Positions 35,215 to 48,203 of a DNA stretch of 64,000 bases are shown piece by piece. The notes beneath the pieces are model-generated. The model had not been told where the DNA came from. It was given only the letters and a program-made list of their open reading frames with translations, and did no database searches. How positions within the stretch are numbered: position 1 is the stretch's first letter; each line of letters opens with the position of its first letter. This stretch comes from Phaeosaccion multiseriatum (taxonomy: Eukaryota > Protista > Ochrophyta, other classes). A program made the position numbers and the translations under genes. The stretch covers positions 310,001-374,000 of the forward strand of contig OZ218951.1 of NCBI GenBank assembly GCA_965112735.1. The letters run 5' to 3'.

Positions 35215-37033
35215 GTGATTAGGGCGGGACAGGGTGCGTGTGTGCGTGCGTGCGTGTGTGCGTGCGTGCGTGCGTGTGTGCGTGCGTGCGTGGGGTTGAC
35301 AAGCAAGACAAGGACTGCTGTTACGGACCTTCGCCGAGGCTTCGGAGTGGATGGGGGCAGATGTGCGAGGGAGACATGTGCGGCATTCGACAGCACAACA
35401 CAGCAGTTGGTGATACAGTCCAGCACAGCACAGCTCATCACAGCACGCCACCCTCATGTGGAGGCACATGGGCCAAGCGCGACCGAAGCAGGACGGATTT
35501 CTCCGGTCAGAGTGTTCCTCGCCGGCGATAGCAGATAGCATGCTATCGGGCGCCGGCTGACGCCGTGGCTGACGCCGGCGATAGCAATTAGCGGATAGCA
35601 CGTCAGGGGTCGATCGACCGGGGGAGCAGCCGACAGTGTCGTACGTACGACAAGCAACTGACCAAGGCTGAAGACAGCCCTCGGAGATGAATTAAAATAA
35701 CCCAATTTTCCCCAGGAGGCCGCAAGGCCAGGGGATTTTGAAATTTTTGGGTTAATTTTAATTCATCTCCGAGAGCTGACTTCAACCTTGGTCAGTTGCT
35801 TGTCGTACGTACGACACTGTCGTGATTAGGGCGGGACAGTGTGCGTGTGTGCGTGCGTGCGTGCGTGCGTGCGTGCGTGGGGTTGACAAGCAAGACAAGG
35901 ACTGCTGTTACGGACCTTCGCCGAGGCTTCGGAGTGGATGGGGGCAGATGTGCGAGGGAGACATGTGCGGCATTCGACAGCACAACACAGCAGTTGGTGA
36001 TACAGTCCAGCACAGCACAGCTCATCACAGCACGCCACCCTCATGTGGAGGCACATGGGCCAAGCGCGACCGAAGCAGGACGGATTTCTCCGGTCAGAGT
36101 GTTCCTCGCCGGCGATAGCAGATAGCATGCTATCGGGCGCCGGCTGACGCCGTGGCTGACGCCGGCGATAGCAATTAGCGGATAGCACGTCAGGGGTCGA
36201 TCGACCGGGGGAGCAGCCGACAGTGTCGTACGTACGACAAGCAACTGACCAAGGCTGAAGACAGCCCTCGGAGATGAATTAAAATAACCCAATTTTCCCC
36301 AGGAGGCCGCAAGGCCAGGGGATTTTGAAATTTTTGGGTTAATTTTAATTCATCTCCGAGAGCTGACTTCAACCTTGGTCAGTTGCTTGTCGTACGTACG
36401 ACACTGTCGTGATTAGGGCGGGACAGTGTGCGTGTGTGCGTGCGTGCGTGTGTGCGTGCGTGCGTGGGGTTGACAAGCAAGACAAGGACTGCTGTTACGG
36501 ACCTTCGCCGAGGCTTCGGAGTGGATGGGGGCAGATGTGCGAGGGAGACATGTGCGGCATTCGACAGCACAACACAGCAGTTGGTGATACAGTCCAGCAC
36601 AGCACAGCTCATCACAGCACGCCACCCTCATGTGGAGGCACATGGGCCAAGCGCGACCGAAGCAGGACGGATTTCTCCGGTCAGAGTGTTAATGTTCCTC
36701 GCCGGCGATAGCAGATAGCATGCTATCGGGCGCCCGCTGACGCCGTGGCTGACGCCGGCGATAGCAATTAGCGGATAGCACGTCAGGGGTCGATCGGCCG
36801 GGGGAGCAACCGACAGTGTCGTACGTACGACAAGCAACTGACCAAGGCTGAAGACAGCCCTCGGAGATGAATTAAAATAACCCAATTTTCCCCAGGAGGC
36901 CGCAAGGCCAGGGAATTTTGAAATTTTTGGGTTATTTTAATTCATCTCCGAGAGCTGACTTCAGCCTTGGTCAGTTGCTTGTCGTACGTACGACACTGTC
37001 GGCTGCTCCCCCGGCCGATCGACCCCTGACGTG
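35215..37033. repeat. Tandem triplication of a ~587-bp unit, each copy with a long inverted repeat
   Basis: Units start gtgattagggcgggacag at 35215, 35822 and 36409 and are nearly identical; hairpins at 35631-35822, 36218-36409 and 36779-37033. Confidence 0.95.
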
Positions 37034-37870
37034 TGCAGCCTGGCCCGGCTGACGCTTTGCTGCGCGTATGGTGCGCACCTGCGTGCCTCTTGGCTCGGGC
37101 AGACCGACCCCGACAAAGCCCTCGAGAAGCTCCAGCTCCGGCCCTTCAATTTGTAACTGAAGAGGGGCTCCGGCTCTGCAGTGGGAGTACGAGTGGCCTG
37201 TGAGTAGAGGCTTGTCGTGCTTATGCATGCAACAGAAGACAGAGATTCAGGCCCTTCTTTCTTACAAATTGTTGCGAAAGGACCTGACGAGGTTTGGCGG
37301 GAGGGGAGACCCAACAGTTGGTGATACACAAACAGTTGGCGAGTACGATCTTCCTTCTTGTCGCAACCCCCCGTTATTTCCTTTATCCGACTGCATGCTC
37401 GCCATCGCCTATTTAAAATGAATAAGCTATCAGGAGAGTGCTACGCATAAGCAGGATCGCAACTGGGGGGGGTTATCTTCTCTTCTCCACAAGGGTTGCT
37501 CTACCTCCCTGCTCCTCCTCACCGCTTGAACTGAACCCCGGTTGTAGGGCGTAATCGCTGAGGCTGAAGGTGAGCATCTCCTCCTTCCAGCAAGAAGGGC
37601 TTCTGCCCAACTCCAGAGGCAAGAGGGCAGGCAAGAAGGCGATCTCACCTCTTCTTCCTCTCATCCCTCTTCCTCTGTTCCCTGTTCGCGCCCTCCACAC
37701 CTTCCTCCTCAGGGACGACGTTCCATTACTCGAGGAGGCAGCGGGGAGGTGCAGAGAGAGAGAGAGAGAGAGAAAGATTGATGGCCCTCAGAAATGGAAA
37801 CATACATATGAAGCTCTCTTCTGCTGCACAGCTTTAAGCGGCTTCAAACGCTTGGAGAAGAGGTGTGGGC

Positions 37871-38705
37871 ATGCCTTCCGGCCCTCGCTACGATGCTTTG
37901 ATTCCAACGGAGGATGGCAGTGGGGACGGTAGGGATGGGCTGAATGGCAGCAGCAGCAGCGGCAGCAGCAGAGACGGCAGCGGTGGTAGCAGAGTCAGCA
38001 CCCCAAGTCCCAGTGCCTCGAACCTTAGGGAGACCTTCAGCATCTATGGCAGCGACGGCGGCGACGATAGCAGCAGCGGCGGGGGCGGCGGGGAGCCGCA
38101 GGGCCAGAGCCATGTGAGTGGGTGGCGGGGTGCGCTAGGGGCGGTCATGACGTCGGCCGGGTATGGAGGCTGGGGCCTGGCCCCATCTGAGACGTACATG
38201 CTACTGCTCCTCTGCGGGATCGTCGTGCTCCTCTTCGCGGATCAGAGCCTTATGGCGCCAAATATGAGCGCCATGGCTCGGGACTTCGGCATGAACGAGC
38301 ATGAGAAGGACAGCAAGCTTGGAGGGCAGATTGCCGTCGCCTTCTTTTGCTTCGGCGCCCCTGCCAGCGTGCTCGTGGGCTACTTGTCCGACAAGATGAG
38401 CCGCAAAGACCTCTTCGCCGGGGTGGTGCTCGTGGGGGAGGGAGCTTGCTTCTTGACGGCCTTCGTCACCTCCTACTCGCAGCTGTTCTGGGCCAGGGCA
38501 GTCACCGGAGTCGCTGTTGGTGCGTGAGTGGAGCCCCTCCTGCCTCCCCTCCCTCGCCCCTGCTTCGCCTCCCTTCTCCCTCCCTCTCCCCTCCCTCCCC
38601 CTCCCCCTCTCTAACCCCTGTGCGCTCATTCGCCCGTGTCAGGTCGGTGCTGTGCCGGCGTGCGCGCACACACACACACACACACCACACACACACACAC
38701 ACACG

Positions 38706-38766
<61 letters not shown>

Positions 38767-40278
38767 ACAAGCCCATAACCCACCCCACCCGCCCCCTGTC
38801 GTTCCGTGTCGCCGTCCTCCCCGCCCTCCCCTCCCCTTCCACATCCCCTCTCAGGTGGTGCCCTTCCCCTTACCTTCTCGCTCCTCGGTGACCTTGTTCC
38901 CTCTGCCCACCGCAGCACTGCCTCTGGCCTTGTGGGCATGACCCTCGGTGTTGGGCAGGGGGTTGGCAACCTCGTCGCCGGCATCTTCGGCTCCACGCCA
39001 CACTTTGTGAGTGCTCCTCGCCTTGCCCTTACCCTTGCCCTTGCCCTTGGCTCTCATTGCCCCCCCCCCCATCCCGCGCTTCTCCTCCTCCTCTCGCCCT
39101 TATTGCTACCTCCCTCCCTCATCCCCACCGTGCCCCTACCTCCTGTGTCTTTTGTGTCCCCCCTCTGCCCCTTCGGTCTCCGAGTAGGGGTGGCGCCTGC
39201 CCTTTGTGATCATCGCCCTCCCTGCCCTCGTGCTCGGGTTGGTGCTCCAGACCACCACGACGGAGCCTGTGAGAGGGAGAAGCGAGGCCGCCCTGCAGGG
39301 ACACCTCGCCAAGGGCGGAGAGTACAGAGAGACCGTTACGCTGCCGCACCTCAAGACGCTCTTGTGAGTCCAAACAACTCTTATTCAAACTATTCAAGTC
39401 GTGTGTTGCCTTTGCTCTGTGCGCCTCTGCCCTTCCCCATGTGCCCTCTTCCCCTCGGCCCTCCGGTCTCTGCCCCTGCTCGTTGACCGATCACTCTTTT
39501 TGCGGCTTGCCCCTGCTCCTGCTGACCACACCCCTCTGCCCTTCCCCTGATCCCCGTGAGACTGACCCTGCACATTCCCTTCCCCCTCGCCCCCTCCCCT
39601 CCCTCTGCCCCCTTCACCCTCTGTGCCCCCCCCAGCATGACCCCATCGGTCCTGCTGACCTTTGCGCAAGGGCTGCCTGGATGTGTCCCTTGGGGCACTA
39701 TCAACACCTTCCTCAGCGACTTCCTGCAGGAGCAGAGGGGGCTGAGCGTCCAGGGCGCGACAATGATCGTCTTCTTCGTGGGTCTCGGCTCCTCTGTAGG
39801 CATGGCAGGGGGCGCCCCCCTGGGTCAAAGACTGTACGACAAGCAAAAGGTCAGTGTCTTTCCCCTGACACCAGTTACCCACAGTCCGGGTAGAGAGGCC
39901 AGGCAGGGGGTGACGCCCCCCCTCCCCTCCTCCCCCACATGGCACCACGGTATAGGGAGTCGACATTCGACAGTCGACAGGGAAGTGGGCTGTGACCTCC
40001 TCCCACCCCCCTCTGCGGACACTCACTCGACTCTGACTCGCTCTTCCTCCTCTGCCGCCCGCCCTCCGCTCCACCTCGCCATGCACTGCCATCCCCACCC
40101 TCCCCTATTGACCACAGGCCTTACAGCCCTTGCTGATGTGCTTGTCCACCCTGCTGGGCATCATGCCCGGCCTGGTGTTGCTCCACGCCCCTCCCGACCG
40201 CAAGCTCTTGTTGGGTCTCTCCGCGGTGAGGCCCAAGTGCTGCACGTGTACACCCACCTTATCGTCGTCACCATCATT

Positions 40279-40315
<37 letters not shown>

Positions 40316-40345
40316 GCATCATTTTCATCATCATCATCATATCAT

Positions 40346-40385
<40 letters not shown>

Positions 40386-41759
40386 CCGTCCCCTCCCTTG
40401 AGAAGTTGCTGCCCTGCCTGCTTCTCCTCCCCTCTCCTCGCGTGAGCTTTTTCTGACGTCCATGTGTCTCCCCTCTCCCCTCCCTGCCCTCCTCTGCTTA
40501 GTTTCTGCTTGGCCTGCTTGCGGCGGTGACGGGCCCCAACGTACGTGCTTTGCTGCTCAACACGACCTCTCCCGCCACAAGGGGAAGTGCCTTTGGCGTG
40601 TACAATCTCTTCGACGACCTCGGACGGTGAGTGTGATCCACAAGACCAAGGGCAGGAGAAGGATGGCACCTCAAGGCAAAGAAACACGGAGGCCACAGGG
40701 CAAAGAAAGAGAAAGAGCGCACAAGGGCATGAGGAGGAGGAGGAGGAGGAGGAGGAGGAAGAGGAGGAGGAGCAGGAGGAGGAGGAGGAGGAGGAGGAGG
40801 AGGAGGAGGAGGAGGAGGAGGAGAAGGAGGAGGAGGATGAGGAGGAGGAGCAGGAGGAGGAGGAGGAGGAGGAGGAGCACGAGGAGGAGGAGGAGGAGCA
40901 GGATGAGGAGGGAAAGGAGAAGGAGGAGGAGGAGGAGGAGGAGGAGGAGGAGGAGGAGGAGGAGGAGGAGGAGGAGCAGGAGGAGCAGGAGGAGGAGGAA
41001 GAAGAAGAGGAGGAGGAGGAGGAGGAGGAGGAGGAGCAGGAGGAGCAGGAGGAGCAGGAGGAGGAGGAGGAGGAAGAAGAAGAGGAGGAGGAGGAGGAGG
41101 AGGAGGAGGAGGAGGAGGAGGCACGATCTGAGGGCGCGGAAGCATCCCCCCCCCCCCCCTCTCTCTCTCTCTCTATCCATGTCTTCTCCCTCTCTCTCTT
41201 TCTCTCTGGAGTCTCTCTCTCTGTACGTCTGCTATCTCAATCTCCTTCCCTCTGTCTCTGTCTCTGTCTGTCTCTGTCTTTCTCTCCATCTCTCGCGTTG
41301 ACAAACGACCCCCCCTGACCACTGTTCCCTGACGCTGTCCTCGTTTCTTGACTCCCTCCGCTGCCCTGCTGTATCACCAACTGCTCCAGGGGCCTGGGGC
41401 CGGCCTATGTGAGCGTCCTCATACGCCAAGTGGGGCGGCAGAAGGCATTCGCGCTGTCCTTCTACTTTTGGGCCCTCTGTGCCTTGTTCCTCGGTGTCAT
41501 GACGCTGACGTACGCGCGGGATGAGGCGCGCATTCAGGCGCTGCTCAAGGAATACGCAGGGAGACAGTACGATGCTGTGGAGCAGCAGCAGCATCAGCAG
41601 CAGTTGGTGATACAGCAGCAGGGGGGGGTGGTACATCAGCAGCAGCAGCAGCAGTTGGTGATACAGCAGCAGCAGCAGAATCGCATGGGTCAAGGGCAGC
41701 AGCATGGCGGAGGCTTGCCTCGAACGACATCGGAGCTCGAGCTTTCCGCCATCCCCTAA
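37871..41759 (+). CDS. Major facilitator superfamily transporter (spinster-like), 7 exons
   Basis: FADQSLMAPN, motif A GYLSDKMSRK, RAVTGVAVGG, GWRLPF, EPVRG, QGLPGCVPWG, RGSAFGVYNLFDDLGRGLGP; many TM-like segments. Confidence 0.92.
40731..41121 (+). repeat. (GAG)n intronic tract
   Basis: About 390 bp inside the last MFS intron. Confidence 0.9.
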
Positions 41760-42303
41760 CAGGGCCTAACAGGGCCTGTCTGTCCATACATCAATAGGCA
41801 TATGGGCCTGGCCATGCGAACAATTCCTTCAGAATACGGTCAGAAGGGCATGAGATCCACTGCCAATCCACAGCCAATCCACAGCCGAGCAGATCCATCC
41901 ACTCACGCACTTCGTTCTTCGCGTTTTAATGATTGCACCTCCTCAGTCCTCGCACAGTAGATGTATATATGCGTCACCACCCGCGGCGCCCACGCCCTCC
42001 TCGAATCTCCCGTCACGCCCGTTAATGGGAGCCCGCCAGCATATGCCCACTTGGTTCCTTAAGGGTGTAACCCACGGAACGACGGGTGGATTAGGCCAGC
42101 GAGTGGTCTGGCAGAGTGAGGCAAGCGGTACAAAACGACTGAAGGGAGTGAGCGTCAGGCAGCTCTGGGGAGACCATGAATGAATGAATTTGAAAAGTGT
42201 TCTATTTTAATCGCCGGGGCGGGCGGGAGCAGCCAGCTCTAAACAGATGAAACAGGAGCAACGGAGACTCTGGGCGTGGCGTAATCGTGGTGCCTCCCTT
42301 GAC

Positions 42304-45300
42304 TCAGTGCTGCGCCTCCTGTTCCTGTTGCCCCTGCTGCTCCTGCTGCTCCTGTTGCTCCAGCCGCTCCCTCTCCTTCCTCCAGCGCTCCGTTCGCTCT
42401 GCCCTCCCGAGGCCTCCCTCCGCTCCAAACCCCCACCGGGGGATCTGACAACACGCAGGAGAGGAGCAAGACGGAGGACGGTCAGGGTCAGTTCCCCAGC
42501 CATCAAGTCCAGTTGAGAATGAACAGATGCAAGGACCACAGTAGCAGTAGTAAAGCCTGTTGAGTCATAGGAAAGGATACGCCTTCACCCCCTCCCCGTT
42601 CCTCGACCGCTAGGAAGGACAACGAAAATGCAAGGGCGGACTGCCCAGCCCTCCCCTATGAATTGACTTATACACTCCCCTCCATTGACTTACGCTGAAG
42701 TCCATGTGGTCCCTGGCCACGACGAGCTGCTCACTCCTGAAGGCCTCTCTGGCCTCCTCGAAGATGACGCTCACGTCATTGGAGCCTGCTCCATCGGTAT
42801 TTTGGGTTGGCGAAAGGAAGGGAAGGGAAGGCCGCAACGCAACAGAGAGGGGGGGGGGGGTCGATATTGGATTGAGGGATCGATATTAACTTTTTTTTTT
42901 TTTTTTGGCTAAGGTCTAATGAGCTGAACTGAACTGAAGTGAGAGAGGGGGGGCGTCGAGGCTCAGGAGAGAAAAAAACAAGCGAAAACTGACCACTTTG
43001 CCTGCGTGACTGTTGGCCTATGATTGTGTGCCTCCCTCCTTCTCTGAAGACCGTAACCTTAAGCCAAGCCCTGAACCTTAAGCCAAGCCCTTAACCGTAA
43101 GCCCTCAACCTTAAGCCCTTAGCCTTTAGCCCTTAACCTTTAGCCCTTAGCCTTAAGCCCTTAACCGTAAGCCCTTAACCTTAAGCCCTTAACCGCAAGC
43201 CCTTAACCTTAAGCCCTTAACCGTAAGCCCTTAACCTTAAGCCCTTAGCCTTTAGCCCTTAACCTTTAGCCCTTAGCCTTAAGCCCTTAACCGTAAGCCC
43301 TTAACCTTAAGCCCTTAACCGTAAGCCCTTAACCTTAAGCCCTTAACCGTAAGCCCTTAACCTTAAGCCCTTAACCTTAAGCCCTTAGCCTTAAGCCCTT
43401 AACCGTAAGCCCTTAACCGTAAGCCCTTAATCTTAAGCCCTTCACCTTAAGCCACACCCCCCACCTGGTGCTGTTCGCCTCCTCCTTGCTTCGTGCGGGC
43501 ACTCGTCCGGGTCCCCCACCTGGTGCTGCAGTTGGTGCTGCAGTGGGGCACGACAGCAACAGCGGGGAGAGAGCGGGAGAGAGAGCGCAGGAGAGAGAGA
43601 GAGGTCAAAGGAACAGGCCACGCTAGGCACCAGGCAATCGCACATGCGAGACGGGAGGGAGGGGAGTATTTTATTGATTTGATAGACGGGAGGCTGGGGG
43701 ACGGGCCTCTGGTGGGAGGATAGGCAACACACACAGAAAACACAGACACGGAGAGAGAGGGATGGGTGGGGTCTTCGTGTGGAGTAGGAAGCGCCGTCGG
43801 ATGTATGAGACCGGACCGGGCCATCGGACAAGACGCCTCTGCCGACTCCGCTGACCGCCACCGCTGCACGCACGCACGCACGCACAGGCCGTTGCGACTT
43901 ACATGTACTTGGAACTTGTTGCTGATGTGGTTGAGGATGAGCCATCTCGCCTTGGCAGCTCTTGCAAAGGCCCCCGCCATGCCTGTGGGTGCGTGTGTGG
44001 TTGGAAGAGCAGCAGCAGGATAGGGAGCGCACAAGCACGAGATACGGACAAGTTTGATTGGCGAGGGCAACAGCAGAGGGTAGAGGTCAGCCGACACGGA
44101 GAGGCAACGGCAAGAGTGATAGAGGGAGGGGCGGAGGGAGACAGAGAGACATACAGGAGACATATAGGAAGGGGGAGAGACAGGCCGGAGGTAGAGACAC
44201 AGAGGGCGCCCACGCACCCCAACCAAACAACCACTCACACCCGCACGCACGCCCGCACGCACCCGCAGTGGAGTGTCCCCTCTGCAGCGTGACGCGCTCG
44301 TCGTCGTAGCAGCCCGTGGCCTCATGCACGATGACGTCAGCGTCCCTTACGTAAGGAAGCATACCTCGCGCGTCGCTCGTGTCTCCGATGATGGCGACCT
44401 TGCGCCCAGGGGGGGGCGGGATCACCACCTTGATGCAGCCACAGGCCAGGCCCGAGTGGGGCAGGACAGGAGGGGGCAGGGAAGGGAAGGGGAGCCATGG
44501 AGGCATGGAGGCATGCGGGCAGGCGAGAGGGAAGAGAGTGGGAGAGGGGGATTGGAAGGGAAGCGGACAATGAGAGAGGGAGGATGAGAGAGGAGAGAGA
44601 GATTGAGAGAGGGGGGCGGGGTATGAGCGTGCCGGTGGGTGTGAGTGTCGGACGCTTATCGTGCCGGCTCATCGTGTCGACTTCCTCTGCTAAGGGGTGT
44701 CCATTGCAGAGAGCACCTTAGCTTCCGCCAGCGTCGGGTCACACACGCACACACACGCATGCGCACACACAAACACACACACATACCTGCTCCGCATACA
44801 CACACACACACATACCTGCTCTGGATACACGGTGGTGCCATCCTTTGCCTGCAGAGGCAGCCCATCGAGCAGGTCCTTGAAGCGCTCGGAAGGAGTGAGG
44901 CCGAGGGCGCGTGCCCGCTCCACGTCAATGTTGCCGGGCACTCGTGACTCCTCAATCACGAAGCCTGAAGGGAGAGGGGAGAGGGGGGGCACGGCCGCCG
45001 GTATGTAAGGGTATGTAAGGGTACGTAAGGGCATGCAAGGGTAGGGAGGAAGGCTACACACAGTAAGGCTACAGTAAGGCTACAGTAACGCCACAGTCAG
45101 TAGTATACGTCACAGTCAGTAGTATAATACACCCTAACACCAAGCGGGGCAGCCCTGACTCACCGAAGCTCTGCACAGTGTGTCGGACAGCGCACGCCTT
45201 CACATTTAAGCCTCTGAGGACCGAGGGGGAAGAGGGGGAATGACGAGGGATCGATGGGTGGTGGGTGACATCACAGAAGGTGTATGGGCAGAGCAGAGCA

Positions 45301-46046
45301 GAAGGCACAGAAGGTATATGGGCAGGGCAGAGCAGCGCAGAGCAGGCCAGAGCCAGGGAGAGACGTGATGAGGGGCCCCGAGGGAGAAAAGGATGGGGTC
45401 AAGACAAGGTGCGAGACAACACAAAAGGTCCACTCTCACACGCACGCACACACCCACGCACGGACGCACCCCTGCTCCTTGATCACGTCCCACGTGCCGT
45501 CCTCGCCGGGCCTCATCTCCTCCAGCGTGATGCTGGACCTAGGCAGCACGGATGGCAGCAGATGGCAGCAGATGGCAGCAGATGGCAACAGGCACGTGGG
45601 TGTGGAGCACACATACGTCATGGAATACAATGAGAAGATATACGGCACACGAGCATTGCATGGGGCAAGGCCAGAGGGTTGGGCGGGGGAGGAGGGGAGG
45701 CAGCAGCGCGGCCGCCAACAGAGACGAGGCTATTGAGATGCGGCACAGCTGCAGCACTTCGTGGTACAGGGCGTGTGTCGGTCGTCGCACCTGTGAAACT
45801 CTCCGAAGCGCTGTGTCTGCGCGTCCTGCGGGGGCTTGGCTCCTAACAAAGGCCCTCCGTGCATCTCGATGACGTGCATCTGAAGAGTGGAGTGGGTAGG
45901 GCGGGGAGGGATGGCACTTGATGAGGTGAGACTGATCAGCTGAGTGAAGAGGGGGCGAGTGAGGCTGAGGAGAAAGAGGGCGCGGGGAGGACGGCTGGCT
46001 GATCGCACGCAAGTGAAGAAGCATGCGACACACACACGTACATACA

Positions 46047-46077
<31 letters not shown>

Positions 46078-47644
46078 CAAGGGAAGTGGAAGCTGACAGT
46101 GCGAAAGAGAAGGGGGTAAGGCCCCAGACCCACACTGGAGACACAGACAGAGAGACACAGACCAAAGAGAGACCCACCTTGCAGCAGGCGGCGTACGTAA
46201 GCTTAATTGCGGATGCGATGTAGTTGTGGATCCCCGGGGGACCGACCACGGTGAGGACGCGCCCGGTGAGGGCCTCCTTCCGGCGAGCGTCTCTCTCGGC
46301 GCGGGTTATCCGTTGGTTTCCGGGGAGGGCTGCGAGAGAAAGACAGAGTGAGTGAGAAGGAGAGAGAGAGAGAGACAGAGACAGAGAGAAGGGGCCCATA
46401 GCAAGAGAGAACAGGGGCAGGCATTAGCAGTATATGAGGGTAACGAAAGAAAGAAGGAGAGAGTGACGTCAAAGGCTCGAGCGACCTCCTCACGCCCCCC
46501 TCCCCCTCCCCCTCCCCCTCCCCCTCCCCCTCCCCCTCCCCCTCCCCCTCCCAGTGGACGTCCAAAAGCGTAACTTCAGACAGTCCAAGTGTATCTATCA
46601 GGCAGGAGACCCTTCTTGAAAGAGCCGCAGGAAAGGGGCGTGCGTGCACGTCCTTCCACGCGCGCACCCACGCACCATCGTCTCCCCCGGTGCGGCGCCT
46701 GGGCACCGGTACCGCCAGCGAGTCTCTCTTGCTGCGGCTCCTGGTGTTGTCTTTGTGTTGGCTGAGAGCACTCTCCCACCTAGACGTGTGATCGATGATC
46801 ACGCTGCCGGGTAGAGGAGGGGAACGGAGGGGAGGGGAAGGGAGGGCAGGGCAGGGGAGTCAGCGAGTCAGCAAGAGAGAAGCGTTTCCTCGCTGCTTGC
46901 TTCCCTCCTTGCCCCCCCCTCCTCACCTCAAGAGGCCGGCGACATGATCTGCGTGCATGTGTGTGATGAAGATGTGTGACAGCTCCGTCGAACAAAGATG
47001 GTTGCTGAGCAGCTGCCGCATGGTGCCATCCCCGCAGTCGAAGAGCCTGACCACAAGTAATACATGAAACTTATGTGAGGGGTGTGCTTCTCTACAGACG
47101 AGGGGTGCTCTCACTCACCAGGAACGGCCCCCTTGTCTGAGCACTAGGGAGGAAGTGTTGGCGATGGAGGATGGGGATCCCGCTGAGGTGCCAAGGAAGG
47201 TCAGCGCCATGCCTGCACGCACGGGGGAGGGGCACGCACGTGGGGTTTAGAGCTCACCGACCACTGACTAGGAGGGAGGATAAGGGGAGAGGAAGACGAC
47301 AACGCAAAACATAGAGAGTGTACAGAAAAGTCAAGAAGAACACAACCCAGTGGGTTGAGTCAGGCGGGGGGAAGTTGGGTGCTTCTTGCCGCCCTGACAC
47401 CCTCCCTGCCACCATGAGCGTGTTGGTGCACCACCTCCCGCATCCCATTAGCCTCTGCTGACTTGACCTGGGAATTTGTCTTCCCCAGGAGGGGGGAACG
47501 GCGGTTTGTTGGTGTTGTAGCGGTAGGGCCCCGAGGGTGGCTCCCACTCCCTCTTGGTGTTGCGGCGGTGTCGTCCTCCTCTGGGTGGTGAGTCCTGCCA
47601 CCGGTATGGGTGCTGCCGCCCCCGGTGCTGCCACTGCTTCTTCC

Positions 47645-47676
<32 letters not shown>

Positions 47677-48050
47677 CCCTGCTGCTGCTGCTTCCCGCGC
47701 TTCCCTTCTCCACCCTCGTTCTCCCTTCTTTCCCCACCCTCGTTCTCCCTTCTTTGCAGTGAGTCCCTCAGTGAGTCGGAAGAAGCCGCATCTGCCGCTG
47801 TCGTGGCCGAACCTCTCACCCATAGAGACTGCTGCGATCTCAGAGAGGGCTCGGCGGGATGCCCATATGGCGAGGTCAATGCAGAGGGAGATGCCCTCCA
47901 CAAGAGACTTGCCCCTCCCTCTCTGCTGCTCCAGTACGCTCTACAGTCAGCCGAAGGAGATGTCGCCTCCCACCAGGCCCGCTTCCGAACTGTCTGGCTG
48001 CGACGAGCCCCCGCTACGGACAGCCCTCGCCGCAGCCTGGCCAACAGCAT
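42304..48050 (-). CDS. tRNase Z short form (ELAC1/Rnz-like) with N-terminal extension, multi-exon
   Basis: LTFLGTSAG, LFDCGDGT, THMHADH, VVGPPG, RHTVQSFG, flexible arm ARALGLTP, GDT, VHEAT, GHSTA, LILNHIS, ARDHMDFSIP. Some internal exons are tentative. Confidence 0.9.
43052..43451. repeat. Telomere-like ~14-bp satellite (ccttaagcccttaa)n in a tRNase Z intron
   Basis: Reverse strand reads TTAAGGG CTTAAGG repeatedly, with TTACGG and CTAAAGG variants. Confidence 0.85.
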
Positions 48051-48203
48051 GCCTTATCCACCAGAGGGTTAGTTTCGGGCAAGGATCTCTGCTAAATCTC
48101 CCCTCTCAGAGCCTATTGTTTTTTGAATCGCCAACATCACAGGGTCGTCGACAACGATTTTTCAGGGGGATCATCAAAGGGAACAAAGAGGAAGAAACCA
48201 ACC

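Noticed and set aside
40462-41318. Poly-Glu, poly-Arg, poly-Pro and poly-Leu ORFs
   Set aside because: A (GAG)n tract inside an MFS intron whose flanking exons join in frame.
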